Assembly: GCA_033764855.1 (NCBI GenBank)
Contig: JANRIP010000005.1
Location: 102,240 to 166,239 of the forward strand
DNA from: Hyphomonadaceae bacterium
Lineage (GTDB): Bacteria; Pseudomonadota; Alphaproteobacteria; Caulobacterales; Aquidulcibacteraceae
DNA: 64,000 nucleotides
Direction: 5' to 3'
This document shows, one piece after another, positions 10,232-18,814 of the stretch. Position 1 is the first letter of the stretch, and each line of letters opens with the position of its first letter. The notes under the pieces were generated by a model that worked only from the letters and a program-made list of their open reading frames with translations, was not told the DNA's origin and made no database searches. The position numbers were made by a program, and so were the translations under genes.

Positions 10232-11128
10232 ATGAGCCTGCGCTTCGCCGTCTATGACGTCTTCACCGATCAGCCCTTCGCCGGCAATCCGCTCGCCGTG
10301 GTGTTTGACGCTGACGCGCTGAGCGATGCGCAGATGCAAACCGTTGCGCGCGAATTCAATCTCTCCGAGACCATTTTCGTGCGCCGCCCGTCCGATGCGC
10401 GCCATGCGGCGCAGGTGCGCATTTTCACGCCCGGCGCGGAGCTTCCATTTGCAGGCCATCCTACTATTGGCGGCGCCATCGCGCTGGCTGAGGATCGTCA
10501 CGAGCCGGGCGCGCCCAATGACGTGGTGCTGGTGCTTGAGGAAAAGATCGGCCCAGTGCGCTGCGGGGTTAAACTGAGCAGCGGGAAAGCCAGCTTCGCC
10601 GAGTTTAGCGTGCCGAAATTGGCTGAACCTGCGGGCGAAGCGCCAGACGCGGCGTCATTAGCGCACGCGCTTGGGCTCACGCCGGCGGATATCGGTTTCG
10701 GCGCCCACGCCCCCTCCTTCTTGAGCGCCGGCGTGCCTTACGTCATGGCGCCGCTGGCGAGCTTGGAGGCGCTGGCGCGGGCGCGTTGTGTCGGCTCGCT
10801 GAGCGAGAGCCTCGGCTGCGCGAGCGTATTCGCCTATGCCCGCGCCGCGCATGATGCAGCACATTCCTTTCGCGCGCGCATGTTCGCGCCGGAGCTTGGC
10901 ATTCCCGAAGACCCGGCCACGGGCAGCGCCGTCGCGGCGTTCGCCGGCGTGCTGGAGCGGTTCGAAGCTTTGCCTGACGGTTGGCACACTTTGCCGGTGC
11001 TGCAGGGGGTGGAAATGGGCCGGCCTTCGCTGATCGGGCTCGAAGTGCAGCTTGAGGCTGGCAAGCTGGCGGGCGCGCGGATCGCCGGACAGGCCGTTAA
11101 AATAAGCGAAGGCGTGCTGTTCGTTTAG
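10232..11128 (+). CDS. PhzF family isomerase-like protein
   Basis: 298 aa. N-terminus VYDVFTDQPFAGNPLAVVFDA...LSETIFV is a PhzF family hallmark. Confidence 0.85.
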   Translation: MSLRFAVYDVFTDQPFAGNPLAVVFDADALSDAQMQTVAREFNLSETIFVRRPSDARHAAQVRIFTPGAELPFAGHPTIGGAIALAEDRHEPGAPNDVVLVLEEKIGPVRCGVKLSSGKASFAEFSVPKLAEPAGEAPDAASLAHALGLTPADIGFGAHAPSFLSAGVPYVMAPLASLEALARARCVGSLSESLGCASVFAYARAAHDAAHSFRARMFAPELGIPEDPATGSAVAAFAGVLERFEALPDGWHTLPVLQGVEMGRPSLIGLEVQLEAGKLAGARIAGQAVKISEGVLFV

Positions 11129-11182
11129 CGTTGCAAGGGTCGCGCTTGTCGGCGGCTTGGCGGCTCCGTTAGATTAAGCGCC

Positions 11183-12298
11183 ATGACGCCCATGTCCCTG
11201 CCCGCTTGGCTCTACACCGATCAGCGCTTTTTCGAGCTGGAGCGCGAGAAAGTCTTTCGCCCCGCCTGGCACATAATGGGCCACATCAATGATGCGCCAA
11301 AGCCGGGCGATTACATCACGCTCGACATATTGGGCGACCGGGTCGTCACGCTGCGCGGCGAGGATGGCGAAATACGCAGCTTCCACAATGTGTGCCGCCA
11401 CCGCGCCGGCAAGCTGGCGCCGGAATCACGCGGCTCATGCGGGCATCGGCTGGTCTGCCCGTATCATGCCTGGAGCTATAAGCTCGACGGCAGCTTTGCC
11501 GGCGCGCCGAAATGGCAAGGCTTTGAGGGGCTCGATCCGCAAGAGCTGGGGCTTGTTCCGGTGGAGCAGGAAATCTTCGCCGGCTTCATTTTTATCCGCT
11601 TCGAAAAGGGCCTGCCCAGCATCGCCGAAATGATGGCGCCCTATGCCGATGAGATCGCGCAGTTCGAAATGGAAAAGCTGGTGCCAAATGGCCGCGTCAC
11701 GCTGCGGCCGCGCACGGTGAACTGGAAGAATGTCGGCGATAATTATTCCGACGGCATGCACATCCCGGTCGCGCATCCTGGGCTTTCGCGCCTGTTCGCC
11801 GGCTCGTACCAGATCGAAGCCCAGCAATGGGTCGATAAGATGTGGGGCCACATTACCGACGCGCCCTCCAACCATTGGCCGGAGCGCCAGTATCAAAAGC
11901 TGCTCGACGGCTTCACGCACATCCCGCCGGAGCGGCGCAAGCTGTGGGTCTATTACAAGCTGTGGCCCAATGTGGCGTTCGACATTTATCCGGACCAAAT
12001 CGACTTCATGCAGTTCGTGCCGGTCTCGGCCACTGAAACCATGATCCGCGAAATCGCCTATGTGCATCCGGATTCCAGCCGCGAAATGAAGGTGGCGCGC
12101 TACCTCAACTGGCGCATCAACCGGCAGGTCAATGCTGAGGATACGGCGCTGATCCAAGCGGTGCAGGACGGCATGGCGTCATCGAGCTACACCACCGGGC
12201 CGCTCTCGCCGAGCGAGCATTGCCTGATCTCCTTCGGCAACCGCATGCGCGCGCTGATCCCGGAAGCCAGCCTCGATCGCGCGCCGGCGACGGTGTGA
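11183..12298 (+). CDS. Rieske (2Fe-2S) aromatic-ring-hydroxylating oxygenase alpha subunit
   Basis: Rieske motif CRHRAGKL...CPYHAWSY, then a catalytic domain with DNYSDGMHIPVAHP. Confidence 0.85.
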   Translation: MTPMSLPAWLYTDQRFFELEREKVFRPAWHIMGHINDAPKPGDYITLDILGDRVVTLRGEDGEIRSFHNVCRHRAGKLAPESRGSCGHRLVCPYHAWSYKLDGSFAGAPKWQGFEGLDPQELGLVPVEQEIFAGFIFIRFEKGLPSIAEMMAPYADEIAQFEMEKLVPNGRVTLRPRTVNWKNVGDNYSDGMHIPVAHPGLSRLFAGSYQIEAQQWVDKMWGHITDAPSNHWPERQYQKLLDGFTHIPPERRKLWVYYKLWPNVAFDIYPDQIDFMQFVPVSATETMIREIAYVHPDSSREMKVARYLNWRINRQVNAEDTALIQAVQDGMASSSYTTGPLSPSEHCLISFGNRMRALIPEASLDRAPATV

Positions 12299-12304
12299 AC
12301 CTCA

Positions 12305-12367
12305 CACCCATTCCCCAGGGGCGGCGAAGCCGCCGGACTTTTGCTTCGCAAAATCCGGGAATGGGTG
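12305..12367. repeat. family-B palindromic element, gene-less copy (B2)
   Basis: Outer inverted repeat cacccattcccc / ccgggaatgggtg enclosing two small hairpins (ggcggc-gaa-gccgcc and ttttgc-ttc-gcaaaa). Termini match the element around the GIY-YIG gene at 57818..58317. Confidence 0.7.
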
Positions 12368-12437
12368 CATGGCCATGCGAGCGCCATACGGCTCTGGCAT
12401 GGCGAGAGCGCGGGCCGCAAGGTCCGCGCCTCTTGGC

Positions 12438-12626
12438 TCAGGCGGGCGTGAGCGCCTGCGGAGCCAGCAGAAGCGCGTCCGAATCGGCCTCGGCGGCCAA
12501 TTCAAACGAAGAGGAACAACGGGCGCAAAAGGCCACGTCGCCGACAATGGTGCGGAAGGTCGAGCGCCGGCGCTGCAACGGCGTGTGGCAGGTCGGACAA
12601 GGCTCGCCGATTTTCTTCTCGAGCAT
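12438..12626 (-). CDS. small zinc-ribbon-like protein (hypothetical)
   Basis: 62-aa ORF with CPTC...CARC pairs. GGAGAG 6 nt upstream of the ATG. Confidence 0.4.
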   Translation of the reverse strand: MLEKKIGEPCPTCHTPLQRRRSTFRTIVGDVAFCARCSSSFELAAEADSDALLLAPQALTPA

Positions 12627-12999
12627 TTTTGTCTCTCCAGGCGCTGCAACATTAGCGACGCAATGTTGAACAGAACCTTTAGGTTACCGGGTCACTAACC
12701 CATCAACGTAAGAGATGCGCATTCGGATCTGCCTCTGCAGGCCCATTTCGTTTCTCAACGCGAATGTGATGCAAACCGCCGCCTTCGCCGCGAGATTTCA
12801 GCGAATTGTGGCGAACCCCCATCGCGAGATCACAGGCTAAAGGATGAGTCGCTTCGCGCCGCCTTACAATTGGACAATCGGCGTCGTCCCCATCACAGCG
12901 CGCTAGATGCGCAACACATGGGCAGGCTCAGCCCTTCTTTTTGGCGCGCTTAGGCGCGCGGGCGACGGTGACGGGCATATCGGCCACTTATCACACCTT

Positions 13000-13104
13000 C
13001 CGTCATTCCGGACGCGCGGAGCGCGATCCGGAATCCAGGGGGTGACACGCTCAGGATGTCGCCCCTGGGTTCCGGGTTCACGCTGCGCGTGCCCCGGAAT
13101 GACG
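13000..13104. repeat. family-A nested-palindrome element (A1, solo)
   Basis: Outer IR ccgtcattccgg / ccggaatgacgg, inner IR ccggaatccagggg / cccctgggttccgg, and arm hairpins cgcgc-gga-gcgcg and cacgc-tgc-gcgtg. Confidence 0.85.
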
Positions 13105-13117
13105 GCAGAGAGAAAAC

Positions 13118-14449
13118 TTGACCGATCTCGCGCCTCGAAGCACGCAAGCCGCAAGGGAGGCCGCTATTACCACAACAACGATTGACCGCGCGCAGACCAA
13201 ACGCGTGCTCGCCGCCAGCCTCGTCGGCACGGCGATCGAGTTCTACGATTTCTATATCTACGCCACCGCCGCCGCTTTGGTGTTCGGGCCGCTCTTCTTC
13301 CCGGCGGACTCGGCGTCAGCGCAGCTCATGGCCTCCTACGCCACTTTCGCGTTGGCCTTCATTGCGCGGCCCGTGGGCGCGGTGGTGTTCGGGCATTTCG
13401 GCGACCGGGTGGGGCGCAAATCGACGCTCGTGGCTTCGCTGCTGCTGATGGGCGGCTCGACCATGGCGATCGCCTTCCTGCCCACTTACGCCATGGCCGG
13501 CTGGATCGCGCCCTTTCTGTTGTGCATGTTGCGGTTCGGCCAAGGCCTGGGCCTGGGCGGGGAATGGGGCGGCGCGGCTTTGCTGGCGGTGGAGAACGCC
13601 CCGCCCGGCTATCGCGCTCGCTTCGGCATGTTTCCGCAACTTGGCGCGCCGGTGGGCTTCATCTTCGCCAATGGCTTTTTCCTGCTGCTCGGCATGGGGC
13701 TGACGGACGAGCAGTTCGTCAGCTGGGGTTGGCGCATTCCGTTTCTCGCCAGCGCGCTGCTGGTGGGCGTGGGCTTGTGGATCCGCCTCAAGTTGACGGA
13801 AACGCCAGCCTTCCAGGCTGCGCTGGAAGAAAAGCCACCCGCGCACGTGCCGCTCGGCGAGGTGCTGGCGAAACATTGGCCGCACGTGCTGGGCGGCACG
13901 CTCGGCGTGATCGCCTGCTTTTGCATCTACTATCTCTCGACCGCCTTCGCGCTTGGCTATGGCGTCGGCCGGCTCGGCTATTCACGCGAGGCATTTCTTG
14001 GCGTGCAGCTCATCGCCATCCTGTTCATGGCGATCGGCATTATCTGGGCCGGCTATTGGTCCGATGCGAGCAATCCGCGCCGCGTGCTGATGTGGGGCTG
14101 CGTGCTGACGATCTTGGCCGGCTTTGCGCTGGCGCCGCTCATGGGCGCGGGCTCGCTGCTGCTGATCGGCGGGTTTCTTTCGCTGACCTTGCTGCTGATG
14201 GGGTTCGTGTACGGACCCCTCGGCGCATGGCTGCCGGGGCTGTTTCCCGCGCGCGTGCGCTATACCGGCGCGAGCGTCGCCTTCAATGTCGGCGGCATTC
14301 TCGGCGGCGGGCTGACGCCCATCATCGCCGAGCAATTGGTGGGCGCGGGCGGGCTCGCTTACGTCGGCTATTATCTGAGCGCGGCGGCGGCGCTCAGCTT
14401 TGTCGGCCTGCTCGCCCTACGCAAATCCGGCGCGCCGGTGGCGGATTGA
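13118..14449 (+). CDS. MFS transporter, metabolite:H+ symporter (MHS) family
   Basis: 443 aa, about 12 TM. N-terminal motif GTAIEFYDFYIYATAAALVFGPLFF and GHFGDRVGRK typical of MHS/ProP-like transporters. TTG start. Confidence 0.85.
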   Translation: MTDLAPRSTQAAREAAITTTTIDRAQTKRVLAASLVGTAIEFYDFYIYATAAALVFGPLFFPADSASAQLMASYATFALAFIARPVGAVVFGHFGDRVGRKSTLVASLLLMGGSTMAIAFLPTYAMAGWIAPFLLCMLRFGQGLGLGGEWGGAALLAVENAPPGYRARFGMFPQLGAPVGFIFANGFFLLLGMGLTDEQFVSWGWRIPFLASALLVGVGLWIRLKLTETPAFQAALEEKPPAHVPLGEVLAKHWPHVLGGTLGVIACFCIYYLSTAFALGYGVGRLGYSREAFLGVQLIAILFMAIGIIWAGYWSDASNPRRVLMWGCVLTILAGFALAPLMGAGSLLLIGGFLSLTLLLMGFVYGPLGAWLPGLFPARVRYTGASVAFNVGGILGGGLTPIIAEQLVGAGGLAYVGYYLSAAAALSFVGLLALRKSGAPVAD

Positions 14450-14547
14450 AGGATGAGTGGCTGCTATTCGCCGAAAACCGCTGCTTCCAGTTTGGCTTCG
14501 TTGGTTTCAAATGCTCCCTTGCACTTCGAGGCCTGGGAGGACCCCGC

Positions 14548-14991
14548 ATGACGGATGAGGAGCTAACGGAGATCGTCGCGCGAACCGAACGCGCTAATCA
14601 GGCCTGGGTCAATGGCGAGTGGGATGTCGGTTACGGCAGCTTTATTTCGCATGCCGACGACGTTTCCATCTATGGGCCATTTGGCGGCCCGTTGACCCTC
14701 GGTGGCAAGGAGTGGGCTGCGCGCGGCCCGCAAACGGTGAAGCAATTCGGCAATGGCGCCTCGACGCTCCACGTCCTGGCGTCATACCAGTCCGGCGATC
14801 TTCTTGTTCTCGTCACCTTGGAAGAGCAGACCACCGACATTGCCGACAAGGTCCGCCATCCCTGGAGCCTGCGGACAACGCAAGTGTATCGGCGCGAAGG
14901 CGGTGAATGGAAAGTTGTGCACCGCCACGCCGATCCGCTCACGCGCTTCCGGCCAACGGAGGAGACGCTTGCGTTGGCGGCCCCGCCTTAA
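14548..14991 (+). CDS. SnoaL/NTF2-like fold protein (DUF4440-like)
   Basis: Only the last 147 codons of ORF 13522..14991 look real. ATG at 14548 with GGGAGG upstream; ends ...GGEWKVVHRHADPL, typical of NTF2-like proteins. Confidence 0.7.
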   Translation: MTDEELTEIVARTERANQAWVNGEWDVGYGSFISHADDVSIYGPFGGPLTLGGKEWAARGPQTVKQFGNGASTLHVLASYQSGDLLVLVTLEEQTTDIADKVRHPWSLRTTQVYRREGGEWKVVHRHADPLTRFRPTEETLALAAPP

Positions 14992-15035
14992 CGATGGAAG
15001 CGACGCGAATGGCGGGCATGGCCAATCGCGGACAT

Positions 15036-15146
15036 TTAATCTCGCCGTCATCCCGGCCGGAGACGCGCAGCGTCGTAGAGCCGGGACCCAGCGCCAAAAC
15101 TCAGCGCTCCGCACCCCTGGCTCCCGGCTCTCCCTCCGGTCGGCCG
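15036..15146. repeat. family-A nested-palindrome element (A2, diverged solo)
   Basis: Outer IR ccgtcatcccggcc / ggccgggatgacgg, arm hairpin gacgc-gca-gcgtc, degenerate inner IR gccgggaccca / ctggctcccggc. Confidence 0.7.
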
Positions 15147-15279
15147 GGATGACGGAGGTTTGGTGGTGAGGTGATGGAAGCTGCGGCCGCTAGCGTGCCC
15201 TTGGTCACATCGCCCGGCGCGGGGGCTGGGTAGGTTTGCTCATCGAAGCGATGACGCTTCGAGTTGAGGAGCAAACCAA

Positions 15280-15372
15280 ATGACCAAGTTTTACAGCCTG
15301 ATCGCCGCCTGCGCCGTGTTCGTTCCGGTGGCTTACGCCACCCTCGCACAAGCCGCGCAAATCGTCGCCTGA
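15280..15372 (+). CDS. 30-aa hydrophobic peptide, paralog 1
   Basis: ATG preceded by GAGGA 9 nt upstream and an in-frame stop 5 codons upstream. Encodes MTKFYSLIAACAVFVPVAYATLAQAAQIVA. Too short for the ORF track. Confidence 0.5.
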   Translation: MTKFYSLIAACAVFVPVAYATLAQAAQIVA

Positions 15373-15450
15373 TCGGCCCCAGCCTCAAAGCTCAGAGATT
15401 TTCCCATGACCAGGATGCAAGCCTTTTCCGCCGCCACTGAGAACCCATCC

Positions 15451-15543
15451 ATGGCGAAATTCTACGCCCTGCTCGCGGCGGTGATGGTGATGGCGCCGCT
15501 CGCCATGGCCACGCTCAGCCAAGCTGCGCAAATCGTCGCCTAA
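15451..15543 (+). CDS. 30-aa hydrophobic peptide, paralog 2
   Basis: Encodes MAKFYALLAAVMVMAPLAMATLSQAAQIVA, 20 of 30 residues identical to paralog 1 by manual alignment, with many synonymous differences. An in-frame ATG at 15406 would give a 45-aa form. No clear SD. Confidence 0.45.
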   Translation: MAKFYALLAAVMVMAPLAMATLSQAAQIVA

Positions 15544-15572
15544 TCCTTCCCGCGATCGAACGCAGCCAAAAA

Positions 15573-15606
15573 GGCCGCCGAGGATGCTCCCCCTCGGCGG
15601 CCTTTT
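15573..15606 (+). terminator. rho-independent terminator after the peptide pair
   Basis: ggccgccgagg / cctcggcggcc stem followed by tttt. Confidence 0.7.
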
Positions 15607-15641
15607 CTTGATGCGATCCTGATGCGCGGCGACGGAGCTGC

Positions 15642-16973
15642 TTAGCTGCTGGCGCATTCCGTTTCTGAGTCATCACCAGCGCGCGAGCCCTGCGCGCCGC
15701 CATCGAGCGCACGCAGCAAGCGGGCGTCGCGCCCGTAAATGTCCTCAGCAAACACGACGCCCGAGTCCGTAACCGTCGCCGTTAGATAGAGGAGATAGAC
15801 GGGCAAAGCGGGCGCCACCTGGATCAGCTGCGTTTCGCCGGACTCGATCGCAGCCTCTAAGGACTCTGCAGTCCAGTCCCCTCCCAGCACGGCGACGGCC
15901 AAGGCTTCAGGCTGGGCAACGCGCACGCACCCATGACTGAGCGCGCGATCAGCACGCTCAAACAGGCTTCGGCTCGACGTGTCGTGCAAAAATACTGCGT
16001 ACGGGTTTGGAAGGTCGAAGCGGAGCCGGCCCAGCGCATTGCCCGCGCCAGGCCGCTGACGCAGCGTGTAAGCGAATGGGCGCGCATTCCAATCCACATC
16101 CGCCAGGCTGACAACGGCGCCTTGCGCATTGACGGCCTCGTAGTTTTCGCGGGCGGCGGCCGCTGGATCGCGCCGGAAGCGCGGCAGCAACTCTGCATTC
16201 AAAATGCTTGAAGGCGGCGTCCAATACGGATTGAGCGTCACCGTTTCAATTTGCGCGGCGAAACTCGGCGTCGGCGTGCGCCGCGCCCCGACAATGACGG
16301 CATGCTCGATTGGCGCGGCGGCGCCATCACGCACGCGCAGCTGGAAGAAGGGGATGAGCACATCGATACGGCGCGGCGGCAGATCGCGCGGCAGCCAGCG
16401 CCAACGCTCGAGCGTGGCGCGCAGCAGATCAATCCGCGTTTCGCGCGCTAAGCCATTGGCGTCGAGCGCGCCTTCCGGCTCGGCGCGCACTTGCGCCAGC
16501 GCGCTCACCAGAGTGCGATAGTCAGCTGATGCCGGCGCCAATGCGCTGAGCACGGCGGAAGCCGCCGCCCCGCCGCGGAGCTCGGCGCGCAGCGCTTCGA
16601 TGTCCGGCGCGGGGGCCCTTGGCATATGCCACTCCGGGTCCGCCGACTCTGGATCGACGCCGCCCTGCGCAAGAGCGTGCGCCAAGCGTGCGAAGAGCGT
16701 TTCGGCTGTTGCATCGAGGCGGGCCGCCGCGCCGGCATCGTGCTGCGCTCTACGCTGCAGCCGATTCAGCTCCTCAAGGGCGGCGCTTTCGGGCGGCAGG
16801 CCCTCCGCTTCGGCGCCAGCAATGGCGATGCGCAGGCCGTCCACGGCGCGATCGTCCCACACGCGGGCGGGCGGCGCAGGAACGGGCTCGGTCGGCGGCG
16901 CTTCGCCGCCGCCCGCACAACTCGCGAGAACAAGCAAAGCCAACAGCATTGTGCGCAGTCTGGCGCGAACCAT
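15642..16973 (-). CDS. L,D-transpeptidase (YcbB/LdtD-like)
   Basis: YkuD catalytic motif LSHGCVRV and long N-terminal scaffold. Start trimmed to MVRARLRTMLLALLVLASC (lipobox) at 16973 so it does not overlap the divergent gene. Confidence 0.85.
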   Translation of the reverse strand: MVRARLRTMLLALLVLASCAGGGEAPPTEPVPAPPARVWDDRAVDGLRIAIAGAEAEGLPPESAALEELNRLQRRAQHDAGAAARLDATAETLFARLAHALAQGGVDPESADPEWHMPRAPAPDIEALRAELRGGAAASAVLSALAPASADYRTLVSALAQVRAEPEGALDANGLARETRIDLLRATLERWRWLPRDLPPRRIDVLIPFFQLRVRDGAAAPIEHAVIVGARRTPTPSFAAQIETVTLNPYWTPPSSILNAELLPRFRRDPAAAARENYEAVNAQGAVVSLADVDWNARPFAYTLRQRPGAGNALGRLRFDLPNPYAVFLHDTSSRSLFERADRALSHGCVRVAQPEALAVAVLGGDWTAESLEAAIESGETQLIQVAPALPVYLLYLTATVTDSGVVFAEDIYGRDARLLRALDGGAQGSRAGDDSETECASS

Positions 16974-17040
16974 TTGCGAGCATCCCCTCACTTGCAGCTG
17001 ACACATTGGCTTGGCCGCGCTCCTCACATAGGGTTCGCCA

Positions 17041-17574
17041 ATGCTCACGCGCCGCTCTACGCTGTTTGCACCTTTGGCCGCACTCGCGCTGGGATCAACA
17101 CCGCGCTCTGCTTTTGCGTCGCAGTCCACGGACGTGCGCGCCTTGCGCCTGCTCAATCTCCACACAGGCGAGTCGCTTGAGGCTGAATACTGGCGCGCGG
17201 GCGCTTATGCGGAAGATGCGCTGGGCGCCATCAACCACATTCTGCGCGACCATCGCACCAATGAAGCGCACATGATGGACGCGCGACTGCTGGATTTGCT
17301 GCACGAGTTGGCGGGCGCGCTGGGGACTAACCGGCCATTTCAAGTCATATCCGGCTATCGTTCGCCAACCACGAACGCCGCCCTGGCTGATGCCAGCGGC
17401 GGTGTCGCGCGGCGCAGTTTGCACATGGAAGGCATGGCCATCGACATCGCGATGGACGGCGTTTCAACCGAAACCGTGCGCGACGCCGCGCTGACGCTTT
17501 CGCGCGGCGGCGTGGGCTTTTATCCGAACCCAGGTTTTGTTCACGTCGATGTCGGCCGCGTGCGGCGCTGGTGA
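17041..17574 (+). CDS. DUF882 / peptidase M15 murein endopeptidase (YcbK/MepK-like)
   Basis: Tat-type signal (RRSTLFAPLAALALG). Motifs SGYRSP, HMEGMAID, FVHVD typical of YcbK family. Confidence 0.85.
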   Translation: MLTRRSTLFAPLAALALGSTPRSAFASQSTDVRALRLLNLHTGESLEAEYWRAGAYAEDALGAINHILRDHRTNEAHMMDARLLDLLHELAGALGTNRPFQVISGYRSPTTNAALADASGGVARRSLHMEGMAIDIAMDGVSTETVRDAALTLSRGGVGFYPNPGFVHVDVGRVRRW

Positions 17575-17577
17575 GCC

Positions 17578-18690
17578 TTAGCCCAGCCAGCTTGGCCGCT
17601 TGAACGGCTTGCCGAGGTCTTTCGCCACTGCCTCGTGCGCGATGGCGCCTTCATAGACGTTGAGGCCGTTGGCGAGGTGGGGATCGTCGATCAGCGCCTG
17701 CTTGTAGCCCTTGTTGGCCAAGGCCAGCGCGAATGGGAGCGTAGCATTGTTGAGCGCAAAGGCGCTGGTGCGCGCCACTGCGCCTGGCATGTTGGCGACG
17801 CAATAATGGATGACGCCATCGACCGTAAACACCGGATCGGAATGCGTGGTGGCGTGCGAGGTCTCAAAGCAGCCGCCTTGGTCGATGGAAATATCGACGA
17901 GCACCGAGCCGGGACGCATGGTTTTCAGCATGGGCTTGGTGATCAGCTTCGGCGCGGCCGCGCCCGCGACCAGCACGGCGCCGACGACCACATCGGCTTC
18001 CTTCACCGCTTCTTCGACGGCGGCTCGGGTTGAGTAGACGGTTTCAAGCCGGCCATTGAATTCGCGGTCCAGCTCTTCAAGCCGGGTCGGGTTTTTGTCG
18101 AACACGGTGACGCGCGCGCGCATGCCGACCGCGATTTGCGCGGCATTGTAGCCAGCGACGCCCGCGCCGAGGATCACGACATCGGCCGGGCGCACGCCAG
18201 GCACGCCGCCCATCAGCACGCCGCGCCCGCCATGGGCTTTTTCCAGATAATGCGCGCCGACTTGGATCGACATGCGGCCGGCCACTTCGCTCATCGGCTT
18301 TAAGAGCGGCAGACGGCCATTGGCGTCCGTCACGGTTTCATAGGCGATGCAGGCAGCGCCGGATTTCATTAGCTCTTCGGCCTGCTCCGGGTCGGGCGCG
18401 AGATGCAGATAGGTGAAGAGCGTGTGCTTGGGCTTCAGCCGCGCAATCTCGACCGCTTGCGGCTCCTTCACCTTCACGATCATGTCGGCGGTTTCGAACA
18501 CCGCGTCGGCGTTCGGAACGATCTTCACGCCAACCTTTTCATAGACCGCGTCCGGCGCGCCAATGCCCTCGCCCGCCTTGGTTTCTAGGAAAACCTCATG
18601 GCCGGCGCGGACCAATTCGGCCGCGCTCTCAGGGGTCAGGCCGACCCGGTATTCGTGGACCTTGATTTCCTTCGGGCAGCCGACGCGCAT
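17578..18690 (-). CDS. ald: alanine dehydrogenase
   Basis: Starts MRVGCPKEIKVHEYRVGLTP (ATG 18688-18690, GGAGA upstream). NAD-binding VVILGAGVAGYNAA. Confidence 0.92.
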   Translation of the reverse strand: MRVGCPKEIKVHEYRVGLTPESAAELVRAGHEVFLETKAGEGIGAPDAVYEKVGVKIVPNADAVFETADMIVKVKEPQAVEIARLKPKHTLFTYLHLAPDPEQAEELMKSGAACIAYETVTDANGRLPLLKPMSEVAGRMSIQVGAHYLEKAHGGRGVLMGGVPGVRPADVVILGAGVAGYNAAQIAVGMRARVTVFDKNPTRLEELDREFNGRLETVYSTRAAVEEAVKEADVVVGAVLVAGAAAPKLITKPMLKTMRPGSVLVDISIDQGGCFETSHATTHSDPVFTVDGVIHYCVANMPGAVARTSAFALNNATLPFALALANKGYKQALIDDPHLANGLNVYEGAIAHEAVAKDLGKPFKRPSWLG

Positions 18691-18814
18691 GGGACGATCT
18701 CCTGGATGCGCCAATTTATCGCGAACGAGCTGCATTTTCTTGGAAATCACGTTAGGCTTGGTGCAGTTTTTGCATCTTTTGTGCAATATGGCCGCCCTAA
18801 TCGGTAATTTCTCC

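Noticed and set aside
12627-12999. AT-richer 370-bp intergenic region with a 7-bp inverted repeat (caacatt...aatgttg) and a 20-codon ORF (MSRFAPPYNW...)
   Set aside because: The mini-ORF has its purine-rich stretch fused to the ATG with no spacing and no other support. The inverted repeat is short. There is no recognisable riboswitch or sRNA signature.
12903-13185. Short ORFs covering the palindromic repeats (also 14907..15152, 19273..19455, 22851..23136, 31309..32241, 32828..33094)
   Set aside because: They are translations of family A and C repeat DNA on both strands (recurring strings such as PGMT..., RGEGG...). Their presence in both orientations and the lack of start signals indicate they are artefacts of the repeats.
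13522-14991. 489-aa ORF spanning the MFS transporter gene and the next gene
   Set aside because: The first 340 codons are an out-of-frame Arg/Gly/Ala-rich read-through of the MFS gene. Only the last 147 codons (from ATG 14548 with its own SD) look like a real protein.
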